DNA of 64,000 nucleotides from Spirochaetia bacterium (GTDB taxonomy: Bacteria; Spirochaetota; Spirochaetia; SZUA-6; Bin103), in assembly GCA_965203055.1 (NCBI GenBank), contig OZ241863.1, positions 2,912,001 through 2,976,000 of the forward strand, read 5' to 3'. Below the pieces are notes generated by a model that made no database searches, was not told where the DNA came from, and was given only the letters and a program-made list of their open reading frames with translations. Below, piece after piece: positions 19,119-30,033 of the stretch. The position numbers and the translations under genes are program-made. The stretch's first letter is position 1. Each line of letters opens with the position of its first letter.

Positions 19119-20549
19119 ATGCAGCCGTTCCATCGGGGGCGCGGTGCGGCGCTCCCCAAGCCGGCGCAGGTCCGCTATAACGACTGGCGGCAGGTGGCGT
19201 TGCCGCCGCCCGCAGAGTTCACCCCCGCGCTGCCGGTCAGCGTGATCATGCCCTGCTATCAGACGCCCCCGGCGGTGCTGGCGCGCACCCTGGCGGCGCT
19301 GGCGGGGCAGACCTGGCCGCGCGACCTGTTCGAGGTGGTGATCGTCGACGACGGCTCCGAGCCGCCGCTGGCCCCGCCCCCGGGAGCGCCGCCGAACGTC
19401 CGGGTGGTGCGCCAGGAACGCCGCGGGTTCGGGATCGCGCGCGCGCGCAACACCGGCGTTCGGGCGGCCACGCACGGCATCATCCTGTTCCTGGACGGCG
19501 ATTCGCTGCCGGAAGCGGGTTGGCTGGCGGCGCACGCCCGCTGGCACCACGCCGTGTCCGACGCGGTGACCGTCGGGTTGCGCGCCAGCGTCGCGATGGA
19601 GGACCTGGAGGCGGAGGCGATCCGGGGCCGGCCCGGCACCCTGCGCGAGCTGTTCGCGGACCGCCCGTTCGACCCGCCCTGGGTCGAACCGTACCTGCGG
19701 CGGACGCGCGATCTGACCACGCGCGCGGACGACCTGTTCCAGTGCGTGGTGGGGGGGAATTTCGGGATCGGCCGGGAGTTCTACCGGGAGGTGGGCGGCA
19801 GCGATGAATCGTTCGTGCGCTGGGGGATCGAGGACAATGAGCTCGCCTATCGAGCCTACACCCGCGGCGGGTTGTTCGTGCCGGTCCGCGCCGCGCTGGT
19901 CTGGCACCAGGGCCGCTGGGCCGAAGGACGGGCCGCGAAGGAGCGCAGCCGCCGCTTGCAGCAGGGCAAGGCGGCCAACCTGATCGCCCATCCCCGCTAC
20001 CGCGGCGCGGCGCGCGGGCGCAGCTATGCGGTGCCCCGCTACGTGGTGACCGTCGAGGCCGGCCGCGGTTCGGTCGAGCAGGCGGCTGCGGTGACCGAGG
20101 CCCTCCTGGCCGACCGCGAGCATGATCTGGTGGTGCGCCTCGAACTCGGCGCGCGCCGCGACCCGGAGCGGCTGGCCCGGCTGCATGAGGCGTTCGCACC
20201 GGACCCGCGGGTGCGCGTCGCGCCGGACCGCTCCGCCCTGGACGAGTTTCCGGCGGCGCCGTTCCATGTGACGCTGCCCGCCACCGTGCTGGCGAAGGAC
20301 CTGGTGACTCGCCTCCGCGCCCGGCTCGGCAGCGCGGCCGTTGCCGCCGCGCTCCTGCCGGACGGCGCGCGGGTGGCGATCGCGCGGGCGTGGGCGCTGC
20401 ATCGGGCGCGGCGTACCGGCGGCGCCCCGGCGGACTTCGGCGACGTCCGTGAGATCGCCCCCGCAAGGCTGCGGCTCGCGGCCGCGGCCCCGCCCGCCGG
20501 CGCCGCCGCGCCCCGCTGGCGCCGCCTGCTCCGACGGGTGCGCGGATGA
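19119..20549 (+). CDS. Glycosyltransferase family 2
   Basis: VSVIMPCY, EVVIVDDGS, ARARNTG, LFLDGD, WGIEDNELAYR. Confidence 0.88.
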   Translation: MQPFHRGRGAALPKPAQVRYNDWRQVALPPPAEFTPALPVSVIMPCYQTPPAVLARTLAALAGQTWPRDLFEVVIVDDGSEPPLAPPPGAPPNVRVVRQERRGFGIARARNTGVRAATHGIILFLDGDSLPEAGWLAAHARWHHAVSDAVTVGLRASVAMEDLEAEAIRGRPGTLRELFADRPFDPPWVEPYLRRTRDLTTRADDLFQCVVGGNFGIGREFYREVGGSDESFVRWGIEDNELAYRAYTRGGLFVPVRAALVWHQGRWAEGRAAKERSRRLQQGKAANLIAHPRYRGAARGRSYAVPRYVVTVEAGRGSVEQAAAVTEALLADREHDLVVRLELGARRDPERLARLHEAFAPDPRVRVAPDRSALDEFPAAPFHVTLPATVLAKDLVTRLRARLGSAAVAAALLPDGARVAIARAWALHRARRTGGAPADFGDVREIAPARLRLAAAAPPAGAAAPRWRRLLRRVRG

Positions 20550-22354
20550 GGTACGCCGGCGCTGCCGTGGGGGAGCGGGTGCGAGATCGGCTGCGGTCGT
20601 GGTCGGCCGCCGCCGGCGCCCTGCCCTGGCGCCTCCTGGCGCGGCGCGCCGCGCTGTCCGCGGCCTTGCTGGCCGGCTGGCTGGCGCTCTCCTGGGCGCT
20701 GCGTACGTGGCTCGGGGCGTGGGAGGACGGCGGCGGCGGACTGAGCGGCAAGATCATGCGGTTCTACCTTCGCAACTGGGCGAGCTGGACCTGGCTGGGC
20801 GCCCTCTGGTGCGCGGCGTGGTGGGGCGTCAAGCCGCTGTGGCGGGCGCTGCAGGAGCCGCGCTTCTTCGACCGCGCGGTCGGCGCCGCCACCCCCGGCG
20901 CCCTGGGCGCGATCCGCGCCTGGGTGTGCGCGATATTGCTGATCATGACACTCCGGGAGGACCTGATGAGCGTGGCGCTGCTGCCGCGCGTCATGGTCCG
21001 CCAGCAGGGTCTCATGGCGATTCTGCATCTGCTGCCGATCGGCTTCGACGCGTTTCTTGCCAACGCCACCGCGCTGCGGGCGTTTCAGTATCTCACCGCG
21101 GCGCTGTTGGCGCTCGGCGTGGTCGGGTTGGGTACGCGGGCGGTGGTGCCGGCCGCCGCGGTCTGCTACTTCGTGCTGGGCGGCATCGTGCGCGAGCACT
21201 CGTTCTACTACCACTCGGGGATCGTGCCGTTGTACGCGCTGGCGGTGCTGTCGTTCACGCGTTGCGGCCAGGGGTGGTCGCTGGACCGACTGTGGCGGGC
21301 GGCGCGCGGCAAGGCGCCGGCGGCGGCGGATCGGCCCGGCGCCTATTTCGGCTGGGCGCGGTATGCGGTCTGGACCGTGATCGCCCTGCCGTACGCGGCG
21401 GCCGGGTGCAGCAAGCTCTATTACATGGGTCTGCGCTGGGTGTCGGCGGACAGCGTGCGCTGGATGCTGCTGCGGCCGACGCTGGATCCGCGGCCGTTCG
21501 ACTTCGACTTGGCGCTGCGCATCATGCCGCTGCCCGACGCGCTGTTCGTGCTGTTGGGGATCGTCGCGCTCGGCACCGAACTGGCGTTCGGGCTGGTACT
21601 GGTCTCGCGGCGCGCCCGGGCGCTGCTGCCGGCGGCCACGGTCGGCATCCACGTCGGCATCCTGTTCCTGCAGAACATCTTGTTTCTCGACCTGATGCTG
21701 TTGCTGTGGGTGTTCTACGACTGGAGCCCGCTGGCGCGGCTGGGCCGGCGGCTGGCAGGAAGGGCCGGCGCGGCGGACGGGCCGGAGCCGGTGGCGGACG
21801 CGGCGCCGGTAGCGGAGGCGGCGGCGGAGGAGCCGCGCGCCCGCCCGGCTGCCGGGCGGCTGGCCGCCGCGCGCCCGGCAGCCGCGCACCGGCGGGGCGC
21901 GGCTGCCGCCCTGGCGATCATGCTGTTTCTGGCCTCCTGGTGGGTGACCAAGATCGAGTGGTATCCGCTGACGGCGATGCAGATGTTCACCGCTCACGGC
22001 CGCGGGGAGGCCGGCGTCGTTTCGTACGTGGCGGCGATCGCCCACTACGAGGACGGCAGCCGCGCACCGGCGCCGTTCGGGGAGTGGATCGGGGCGATGC
22101 CGCCGGGCCGCACCCGGCCGGTCCTCCGGCGCACGCTGCAGGACCCCGCGGGGCGGGCGGTGGGACAGCAACTGCTGGACGCCATGATCCGGGCCGCCAA
22201 CGCGACCGGCGCCGGACCGCGCGTGACGAGCGTGGAGCTGCAGCGCCGGCGCTGGGACTTCCGGGCCGACCCGGACGATCCGGGCCGCGGCGTGCTGACG
22301 CACCGCTACGTGCATCCCGCCCCGGCGGCGGAGCGGGGTGATGGCGCCCGCTAG
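20546..22354 (+). CDS. Multi-pass membrane protein, HTTM-like domain
   Basis: Many hydrophobic segments; WSLD, Y..AG.SKL, H.GI and C-terminal EWYPLT..MF patterns seen in HTTM proteins; ATGA overlap with the GT2 gene. Confidence 0.6.
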   Translation: MRYAGAAVGERVRDRLRSWSAAAGALPWRLLARRAALSAALLAGWLALSWALRTWLGAWEDGGGGLSGKIMRFYLRNWASWTWLGALWCAAWWGVKPLWRALQEPRFFDRAVGAATPGALGAIRAWVCAILLIMTLREDLMSVALLPRVMVRQQGLMAILHLLPIGFDAFLANATALRAFQYLTAALLALGVVGLGTRAVVPAAAVCYFVLGGIVREHSFYYHSGIVPLYALAVLSFTRCGQGWSLDRLWRAARGKAPAAADRPGAYFGWARYAVWTVIALPYAAAGCSKLYYMGLRWVSADSVRWMLLRPTLDPRPFDFDLALRIMPLPDALFVLLGIVALGTELAFGLVLVSRRARALLPAATVGIHVGILFLQNILFLDLMLLLWVFYDWSPLARLGRRLAGRAGAADGPEPVADAAPVAEAAAEEPRARPAAGRLAAARPAAAHRRGAAAALAIMLFLASWWVTKIEWYPLTAMQMFTAHGRGEAGVVSYVAAIAHYEDGSRAPAPFGEWIGAMPPGRTRPVLRRTLQDPAGRAVGQQLLDAMIRAANATGAGPRVTSVELQRRRWDFRADPDDPGRGVLTHRYVHPAPAAERGDGAR

Positions 22355-24179
22355 TTCGCCGGCGCCCCGGCCGCGCAGCGGGCGGGGGTGGGGGCGGGGG
22401 CGGGGGAACGGGTTGCGCGGCGCCGGGCAGTTGGCGCAGGCGCTCACCGCTGACCGGCCGCGCACCGCGGCGCTGGCCGCGCTGCTGCAGTTGGCGTCGA
22501 ATGCGACCGAAGCGTTCGGCTTCCTCCTGCTCATCCCGCTGCTGCACGCGGCCGGCGTGGGCGCGGCGGAAGACCGGCAGGACCGGATGGCGGAGCTGCT
22601 GGCCGGCGCCGCGGACCTGGTGCAGGCGGAGCTGGCCTTGCCGGCGGCGCTCGCCGTCTTCGTCGCGCTCGCCGCGGTGCGCGCGGCGACCGTCTGGCAA
22701 CGCGACGTGCTGCTCGCCCGGACGCGGCTCGACTTCGTCCATCGCTTCCGCGCCACGCTGCAGGATGCGGTGGCGCGGGCGCAGTGGCGGTTCCTCGCCG
22801 GCCAGCGCCAATCGGACATCCAGCACGTGCTGACCGGCGACGTGTACCGCATCGGCCAGGCGGCCGCGCACCTGGTGAAGGTGACCGTGGCCGGCTTGCT
22901 GGCGGTGACGCAGTTGGCGGTCGCCGTGCTCATCTCGCCGCCGGTCTCGGCCATGGCGCTGGCCGCGGGCGCCCTGTTCCTGCTGCTGACGGCGCCGCTG
23001 CTGCGCCGTTCGCGGCTCCTGGGCGATCAACTGACCGGCGTGAACCGCGTGATCTTCGCCCACGTGCAGGACTTTCTGGCCGGCCTGAAGCTGGCCAAGA
23101 GCTTCACCTCGGAACGGATCCACGTGCGGCGCTTCGCCGCGGCCGTCGATGTCGTGCGCCGCCGGCAACTGGCCACCACCCGGGCGGGCGCGACGGCGCG
23201 GGCGACGCTCAACGTGGGCACCGCCGCGGCGCTGGCGGGAGTGGCCTGGTTCACCGTGGTCGAGGCCGGATTGGCGCTGCCGGAGCTGGCCGTGCTGGCC
23301 GCGGTCTTCGCGCGCGTGATGTTCGCGCTGGTGAACCTGCAGCAGAGCGCGCACGAGCTGGCCAATACGCTGCCCGCCTACCACCACGCCCGGGAGATGC
23401 TGCTCGCGCTGCGGGGCGCCGCGGAAGACGCGGCCGGGCGCGGCTCCGAGCCGCGCATGCCGCTGAACCGGGCGCTGGCGGTGCGCGCCGTCTGCTTCGA
23501 CTACGGGCAGCAGGGCGGCCGCGCGGCGCTGGCCGGCGTGACGCTCGACCTCCCGGCCGGCGAGATCACGGCGATCGCCGGACCGTCGGGCGCCGGCAAG
23601 AGCACGCTGGCCGACGTACTGCTAGGCCTGCTGGAACCGACGAGCGGCGCGGTGCTGGTGGACGGCGCGCCGCTCGTCGGCGCCAATCGACGCCGCTGGC
23701 GGCGCTCCGCCGCGTACGTGCCGCAGGAGCCGTACCTGTTCCACGACACGATCCGCGCCAACCTCGCGTGGTCGCGCCCGGGGGCGACCGACGACGACCT
23801 CTGGCGGGCGTTGCGCGCGGCCGCGGCGGAGGAGTTCGTCCAGGCGCTGCGGCACGGCCTGGACACCGTGGTGGGCGACCGCGGCGGCCGCCTGGCGGGC
23901 GGCGAACGGCAGCGCGTGGCCCTGGCGCGCGCCCTGCTCGCCGCGCCGGCGCTGCTGGTGCTGGACGAAGCGACCAGCCAACTGGACGCACGGACCGAAG
24001 GCCGCGTGGTCGCCGCGCTGCGGGCGTTGCGCGGGCGCATGACGATCGTCGCCGTGGCCCACCGCCCGGCGGTGCTGGCCGCCGCGGACCGGGTGGTGCG
24101 GCTGGACGCCGGCCGCGTGGTGGCGAACCGAACGATGGGAGCGGGGGATGGTCAGCTTGGGGATCGCGCGCTACCATGA
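22341..24179 (+). CDS. ABC exporter, fused permease/ATP-binding protein
   Basis: N-terminal TM domain; [34 protein letters not shown]. Confidence 0.92.
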   Translation: MAPASSPAPRPRSGRGWGRGRGNGLRGAGQLAQALTADRPRTAALAALLQLASNATEAFGFLLLIPLLHAAGVGAAEDRQDRMAELLAGAADLVQAELALPAALAVFVALAAVRAATVWQRDVLLARTRLDFVHRFRATLQDAVARAQWRFLAGQRQSDIQHVLTGDVYRIGQAAAHLVKVTVAGLLAVTQLAVAVLISPPVSAMALAAGALFLLLTAPLLRRSRLLGDQLTGVNRVIFAHVQDFLAGLKLAKSFTSERIHVRRFAAAVDVVRRRQLATTRAGATARATLNVGTAAALAGVAWFTVVEAGLALPELAVLAAVFARVMFALVNLQQSAHELANTLPAYHHAREMLLALRGAAEDAAGRGSEPRMPLNRALAVRAVCFDYGQQGGRAALAGVTLDLPAGEITAIAGPSGAGKSTLADVLLGLLEPTSGAVLVDGAPLVGANRRRWRRSAAYVPQEPYLFHDTIRANLAWSRPGATDDDLWRALRAAAAEEFVQALRHGLDTVVGDRGGRLAGGERQRVALARALLAAPALLVLDEATSQLDARTEGRVVAALRALRGRMTIVAVAHRPAVLAAADRVVRLDAGRVVANRTMGAGDGQLGDRALP

Positions 24180-24211
24180 TCGACGGGCGGACACGCCGCC
24201 GGAGGGAAGAC

Positions 24212-26407
24212 TTGGGTAGAGCATCGTTGGTATCGCTGTTGCTGGCCGCCGGCATCGCCGCGCTGATGGCCTGTTCCCAGGCGGCGCGCCCGGCCGCCGC
24301 GCCCGCCGACCCGGCCCAGGGGGGGGGGGGTAAGCCGCCGAGCGAGCCGCCGCCAACCCCGCAGCCGGCAGAGCCGGCAGAGAAGCGCTGGAGGATCGGC
24401 GCGGCTGACTTTGGCGATGATGAACTGAACCTGGCGGGCGCAGTGTCCAACCGTTCCGCGCCGTATGCCTGGGAGCGGGTCACCGCCCGCAACGTGCGCG
24501 TTTCGATCGGCGGACACGAGCTGCCGTTCACGAGCACGAGCGCCAAGCCGGTCTTCGCGTCCGACATCTCCGGCGCGGAGTGGACGGTTGCCGCCGAGGT
24601 GCGGGCGGGGGAAGTGGTGCTGGTGCTCACCGCCCCCGATCAGTCGGGCGCCGGCGACACGGTTGCGTCGGTCACGATCACCAACCCGGGGAGCGGCTAC
24701 ACGACAGACCCGACCGTGACCTTTTCGGCGCCGCCGTCCGGCGGCGCCACCGCAACCGGCACCGCGACGGGGTCCCGGTACGTCGACTCCGTGACGATTA
24801 CGACCGCCGGGAGCGGCTACACCTCGGTTCCCACCGTGACCTTTTCGGCCCCGCCGTCCGGCGGCACGGCAACCGGCGCCGCGGTGGGGTCCGGTACCGT
24901 CGATTCCGTGACGGTGGGAACCGCCGGGAGCGGCTACACCTCCGTTCCCAGCGTGACGTTCGGGGCGGCGCCGTCCGGCGGCACCACGGCCGCCGGCGCC
25001 GCGGTGGGGTCCGGGTACGTCGATTCCGTGACGGTCGGAACCGCCGGGAGCGGCTATACGGCGGACCCTGCGGTGACGTTTTCGGGCGGAGGAAGCGGCG
25101 GCGGTGCGGCCGCCTCCGCGGTGCGGCAATCCGGCGTAGCGTCAGTGACGATCACGGACCGGGGGAATACCTATACCTCTGACCCCAGCGTGACGTTTGG
25201 GGCGCCGCCGCCCGGCGGCACTACGGCGACCGGCACCGCAACGCGGAGATCCGAAGTTATCATTGTGCAGATGTCGAACTTGGGGAGCGGTTACACGTCT
25301 GTCCCAACCGTTACCTTTGGCGCGCCGCCGTCCGGTGGCACCCGGGCAACCGGCACAGTGGTGATAAGTGGCGGTCAAGTGTCTTCCGTAACCGTCACGA
25401 ACGGGGGGAGCGGCTACACCTCCACCCCTTCCGTCACGTTTTCGGGAGGAGGGGGCAGTGGTGCGGCCGGCACCGCGGTGAGAAGCGGCGGTCAAGTGTC
25501 TTCCGTAACCGTCACGAACGGGGGGAGCGGCTACACCTCGGCCCCTTCCGTCACGTTTTCGGGAGGAGGGGGCAGCGGTGCGGCCGGCACCGCGGTGATA
25601 AGTGGCGGTCCGGTGAGTTCCGTAACCGTCACGAACGGAGGGAGCGGCTACGCCTCGGCCCCTTCCGTCACGTTTTCGGGAGGAGGGGGCAGCGGTGCGG
25701 CCGGCACCGCGACTCTGGGAAGAACCAGAATAGAGGCCGTGACGATCACGACCCCGGGGAGCGGCTACACCTCCGCCCCTTCCGTGACGTTTTCGGCCGC
25801 GACGGTCACGCGGTTCACGGCGACCGGAACCGCGGTGCTGGAAAGCGGCGTGGCGTCGGTGACGGTCACGAACCGGGGGAGCGGCTACACCTCCGTCCCG
25901 ACCGTGACCTTCGGAGCAGCGCCGGGCGGCGGCACCACCGCAACCGGCACCGCGGCGCTGCGCTACGGCGTAGCGTCGGTGACCGTGACGAACGGCGGGA
26001 GCGGCTACACCTCGCCCCCGACCGTGACCTTCGCGGCAGCGCCGAGCGGCGGCGCCACGGCCGCCGGTACCGCGGACATGCGCTACGGCGTAGCGTCGGT
26101 GACCGTCATGAACGGAGGGAGCGGCTACGCCTCCGCCCCCACCGTGACCTTCGCGGCGGCGCCGAGTGGCGGCACCACGGCCGCCGGCACCGCGGTGCTG
26201 CGAACCGGCGTAACGTCGGTGACGGTCACCAACGGTGGGAGCGGTTACACCGCTGCCCCAACCGTGACCTTTGCGGCGCCGGCCAGTGGCACCACCGCGA
26301 CCGGCACGGCCAAGCTGGCGGAGGGCGGCTACGATCAATACCAGAACCTGTATTGGGCGCGCCAGACGCTGGCCGGCAAGCAGCTTCTGGTCGAGCTGGC
26401 GGACTAG
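24212..26407 (+). CDS. Surface lipoprotein with 14 tandem ~40-aa V.SVT.T..GSGYT..P.VTF repeats (paralogue 1)
   Basis: GGAGG RBS then TTG 24212 (alternative ATG 24176); lipobox-like ALMA-C; repeats counted from the translation. Confidence 0.8.
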   Translation: MGRASLVSLLLAAGIAALMACSQAARPAAAPADPAQGGGGKPPSEPPPTPQPAEPAEKRWRIGAADFGDDELNLAGAVSNRSAPYAWERVTARNVRVSIGGHELPFTSTSAKPVFASDISGAEWTVAAEVRAGEVVLVLTAPDQSGAGDTVASVTITNPGSGYTTDPTVTFSAPPSGGATATGTATGSRYVDSVTITTAGSGYTSVPTVTFSAPPSGGTATGAAVGSGTVDSVTVGTAGSGYTSVPSVTFGAAPSGGTTAAGAAVGSGYVDSVTVGTAGSGYTADPAVTFSGGGSGGGAAASAVRQSGVASVTITDRGNTYTSDPSVTFGAPPPGGTTATGTATRRSEVIIVQMSNLGSGYTSVPTVTFGAPPSGGTRATGTVVISGGQVSSVTVTNGGSGYTSTPSVTFSGGGGSGAAGTAVRSGGQVSSVTVTNGGSGYTSAPSVTFSGGGGSGAAGTAVISGGPVSSVTVTNGGSGYASAPSVTFSGGGGSGAAGTATLGRTRIEAVTITTPGSGYTSAPSVTFSAATVTRFTATGTAVLESGVASVTVTNRGSGYTSVPTVTFGAAPGGGTTATGTAALRYGVASVTVTNGGSGYTSPPTVTFAAAPSGGATAAGTADMRYGVASVTVMNGGSGYASAPTVTFAAAPSGGTTAAGTAVLRTGVTSVTVTNGGSGYTAAPTVTFAAPASGTTATGTAKLAEGGYDQYQNLYWARQTLAGKQLLVELAD

Positions 26408-26513
26408 GACACGGCTGCTGACCGGGAGCTTCCATCAGCCTGGGTAGCAGGCGACTCCTGCCGGCGGCGCTCACGCCGCCCGACCGGCGGAGCAACGGCA
26501 AGTGGCATCCTCC

Positions 26514-26609
26514 ATGACGACCACGTTGAACATCTCCGCGGAAGCGATGGCGCGCGTGCGCCAACTCGCGCTAAGCCGCCGACCTCGGCTTGGTGAACTC
26601 GCTCCGTGA
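26514..26609 (+). pseudogene. Truncated VapB/RHH-type antitoxin-like fragment
   Basis: Hand translation MTTTLNISAEAMARVRQLALSRRPRLGELAP* resembles the M.TTL.I N-terminus of VapB-like antitoxins; only 31 aa. Confidence 0.4.
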
Positions 26610-26681
26610 CGCCGATTTTGGAAATGCGCCCCATGGTTTGACGATTTGCGACATTCGGTGTAATGTAGTCGAGACTGGAGG

Positions 26682-26966
26682 ATGAATTGTCCCCCAGGAA
26701 AACGGATTTCCGTCGATTTCAAGATCACGGCTCAGGCAGGTGTATGGTACGACGAGGAGGCAGGGCAGTACGTATCGGCGTGTCCTGCGCTTGATCTGTA
26801 TTCTCAAGGTGATACCGAAGATCAAGCGATCTCCAACATACAGGAGGCAGTCATCCTGTTCCTGGAGACCTGCTACGAGCTCGGCACCCTCAACCAGGTT
26901 CTGCAGGAACGAGGCTTCCGTCGAGAAGGTCAGGCTGACCGGTCTACCATTCCGCTTACAGCATAA
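26682..26966 (+). CDS. hicB: HicB-family antitoxin
   Basis: YVSACPALDLYSQGDTEDQAISNIQEAVILFLE motif. Confidence 0.85.
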   Translation: MNCPPGKRISVDFKITAQAGVWYDEEAGQYVSACPALDLYSQGDTEDQAISNIQEAVILFLETCYELGTLNQVLQERGFRREGQADRSTIPLTA

Positions 26967-27009
26967 ACGTTGAAGAGCCGGTCGAAATGCCGTAGTTGCC
27001 CCTTCCTAT

Positions 27010-27072
27010 AGCAACCTTCGTACGGCCGAAATGTCCAGGGACAGATACCTGCAACTCTTCATGAAGCTGTAG
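27010..27072 (+). pseudogene. C-terminal remnant of a HicA-family toxin
   Basis: Hand translation SNLRTAEMSRDRYLQLFMKL* directly after hicB resembles HicA C-termini; no intact N-terminus. Confidence 0.5.
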
Positions 27073-27304
27073 TGAGCGAACGATGCAGACCCCGATGGCG
27101 CCCGGCACCGAAACCCGGAATCAGCGGCCGCCGAAAGCCAGTAGACCCTGCGCGCGAAGTGGGCTCCGACGTAGGCAAGGTGCGGCGCGCCGCGCCGGCC
27201 AGAGGCGCCGAGCAAACTTCGGCGCCGAAGACGCAGGCGGCCTCGTCTCGCGGCGCTGCCCCGGCAGCGAAGCAGGAGGCCAGCGCGGATGATGGACGCA
27301 AGGC

Positions 27305-27333
27305 TTGACGCCGGCGTAGCGAGAGGCTACGGT
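27305..27333 (+). promoter_or_regulatory. Putative sigma70 promoter of the Rpn gene
   Basis: TTGACG-N17-TACGGT, 13 nt before ATG 27347. Confidence 0.5.
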
Positions 27334-27346
27334 CGCCATCGGGTTC

Positions 27347-28423
27347 ATGGCTGACGATCACGCATCGGACCAACCACGGTCTGCCGACCCACCGCCGGTC
27401 AGCCAGCGGCACGACAAGTACTTCTACCGCGTGTTCTCCGATCTCGAGAACGCCGCCGGCCTGTTGCGCTCCTACCTGCCCCAGGAACTCGCCAGCACGC
27501 TGCGGTGGTCCACCCTGACCCACCGGCCTAGCCGCTTCGTCAGTGACGACTGGCGCAGTCGCGAGGCCGACCTGCTGTTCTCCGTCGAGCGCGAGCTCTC
27601 CGGCCCGCCGGTGCTCGTCTTGGTGCTGCTCGAACATCAGTCCACGCCCGACCGCTGGATGCGGCTGCGGTTGCTGCATTACTGCCTGATGGCCTGGATG
27701 CAGTGGCACCGCGAGCACGAGCAGGAGCGGCAGTTGCCGCTGATCGTGCCGGTGGTATTCTATCAGGGAGCGGAGCCATGGAGATTCTCGCGGCAGTTCG
27801 CGGAGTTGGTTGCCGGCGCGGAGTCCGACCCGGGTTGGGTGCCGCAGTTCGAGCACCTGCTGATCGACCAGACCGAGCAGAACCCGGAGTCGGTGGAGGG
27901 GACGCTCGGCGCGCGGCTGGCGCAGCTCGGGTTGATGGCCGAGTTCCGCCGCGCGGGCTGGAAGGGCTGGGGCGACTTGCTCAACCAAGCGTTACAGTTG
28001 GTGGAGGAGCTGTATCCGGCCGAAGGGTTCGACGTGGTGGCGCTGCACGTGGAGTACTTGGTGCTGGCGCTGAAGACGAATGAGCAGCAGCAGGCGTTCG
28101 CGGACGCGCTACGACGGACCGTGCCGGGCCGAGGAGGAGAGATAATGACCTACGTGCATCAGATGATCGAAGAGGGTATCCGGGAGGGCGTTCGGGAGGG
28201 CATCCGGGAGGGCATCCGGGAGGCCCGCCAACAGGCCCGCCAAGAAGGCCGCCAGGAAGGCCGCCAGGAAGGCGAGATGAGGGGACAGTTGCAAACCATC
28301 CAGCGATTCCTGGAACGCGATGTACCGTGGTCCATCATAGAGGCGGCCACCGGCATCGACGAGGCTACGTTCCGGCGCCTCAAGCAGCAGCTCGACGACA
28401 ATGGCGCCGGCCACGCCGAATAA
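27347..28423 (+). CDS. Rpn-family recombination-promoting nuclease/putative transposase (YhgA-like)
   Basis: HDKYF, ADLLFSV, LLEHQSTPDRWM.LR, LPLIVPVVFYQG..PW, and a C-terminal EG.R/EGRQ low-complexity run. Confidence 0.9.
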   Translation: MADDHASDQPRSADPPPVSQRHDKYFYRVFSDLENAAGLLRSYLPQELASTLRWSTLTHRPSRFVSDDWRSREADLLFSVERELSGPPVLVLVLLEHQSTPDRWMRLRLLHYCLMAWMQWHREHEQERQLPLIVPVVFYQGAEPWRFSRQFAELVAGAESDPGWVPQFEHLLIDQTEQNPESVEGTLGARLAQLGLMAEFRRAGWKGWGDLLNQALQLVEELYPAEGFDVVALHVEYLVLALKTNEQQQAFADALRRTVPGRGGEIMTYVHQMIEEGIREGVREGIREGIREARQQARQEGRQEGRQEGEMRGQLQTIQRFLERDVPWSIIEAATGIDEATFRRLKQQLDDNGAGHAE

Positions 28424-28476
28424 GGGCCGCCGGCAATACCCACGCCCGGCCTGTCAGCCGCAGGGCATCGAACTAG

Positions 28477-29108
28477 TTGAACCACTTGAAGGCTCCCGAA
28501 GGATGGGTGCATCGACGGCTCTGCGAGTGTGCCGACCAGCGAACTGAGAAGTTTACACCTGCCGCAGGAGATCACCGTCCATATTTAGCTCTTGAGCATC
28601 TTGCGCAGGGGCGTCCTGCGCTTCTCGGCTCGTTGTCAGCCGGCAGCGCGACCAGTGCAAAGACGGTCTTCTACACAGGGGATATTCTGTTCGGAAACTT
28701 CGTCCAAACTCCGGATCACTAGTGTTTCCGAAGCATGGTGAGGCCATATTCAAGAATCGAGTTCGGTTGCTCGGAACGAAGGCGACAGTGGATCCAAATC
28801 TGATGATACTGACTCCTACGGCCGCTTATGTTCCGTCGTTCCTTATGTATTTACTGATACACATAGGGCTCTTCAATCTAAGTGATAACTCAGCTATCCC
28901 TCAGTTAAACAACAAGCACTTGTATCCGTTTACTGTTTCCAGTTCCACCAATCGATGAACAGGCAAGAATCGCGGAGTCGATACTGGCCGTCGACAATCG
29001 GATAGCGTCCGAGGAAGATAAGATGATCGGGTTATCCAAACTCAAACGAGCTCTCATGTCGGTTCTTCTCACCGGCGAGGTGCGCGTGACTCCGGATACG
29101 GAGGCGGC

Positions 29109-29112
<4 letters not shown>
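28477..29112 (+). pseudogene. hsdS: Type I restriction-modification specificity subunit, fragmented
   Basis: PEGW..., GDILFGKLRP (frameshifted), GSLVFPK..., AIPQLN, PVPPIDEQARIAE..., LKRALMSVLLTGEVRV; the pieces are in different frames and low in GC. Confidence 0.8.
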
Positions 29113-29420
<308 letters not shown>

Positions 29421-29470
29421 GCAGTCCACCGGCTACGATGCCGGCAACCGCGACCTCGCTTCCGATCTCG

Positions 29471-29900
29471 ATGAGGCAGTCCCACGACCCGCCGCCCGCG
29501 CCGCGCGAGTTCGTCAGCGGCGAGAGCGTGCTCTATCTCGGCCGCCACTATCGCCTGAAGGTACATTCGGGAGAGACCGGCGCCGCCAAACTGCGCGGCG
29601 GTTGGCTGCACGTACCCGCGCCGCATGGAGCGGAGCGGATGGAGCACGTGCGCGCCGCCATGGTCAATTGGTTTCGCGGGCGCGCGGCCGCGCGGTTGCC
29701 GGTAACGGGTGGCGGCCTGGCGCGCGAAGGCCGGCGTCGAGCTGCCGCGCGTCGTCATCTCCGATCAGCAGAAGCGGTGGGGGAGCTGCGACCGCACCGG
29801 CACCATCCGCCTGAACTGGCGCATCATCCAGGCCCCCATGCGGCTGATCGACTACGTCGTGGTCCACGAGCTGATCCACCTGCGCCACCGCGACCAAGCG
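29471..29900 (+). pseudogene. YgjP/M48-like (DUF45) metallopeptidase remnant, frameshifted
   Basis: FVSGESVLYLGRHYRL in one frame; KRWGSC..IRLNWRII..IDYVVVHELIH (HExxH) in another. Confidence 0.8.
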
Positions 29901-30033
29901 GATGATGGGGGCGGGGTCGTCAGGCGTTGGGAGCGTGTGCTACCATGCCCGCGGCGCGGCACGTCGGCCAACCGCCGGCAGCGGCCGGCGTGATCGACTG
30001 ATCGACGGGCGGATACGCCGCCGGAGGGAAGAC

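Noticed and set aside
22784..24175. 1207-aa version of the repeat lipoprotein in the ORF track
   Set aside because: The extension overlaps the ABC exporter in another frame; the RBS and signal peptide place the start at 24212 (or 24176).
28170..28275. 12-bp tandem repeats in the Rpn gene
   Set aside because: The EG.R/EGRQ low-complexity tail is a normal feature of this family.
27347..28423. Insertion sequence built around the Rpn gene
   Set aside because: No terminal inverted repeats or target duplication recognised; Rpn proteins are not established IS transposases.
28469..28724. Two ACTAGT palindromes as possible recombination sites in the hsdS remnant
   Set aside because: The second lies within plausible HsdS coding sequence (GSLVFPK); likely chance in low-GC DNA.
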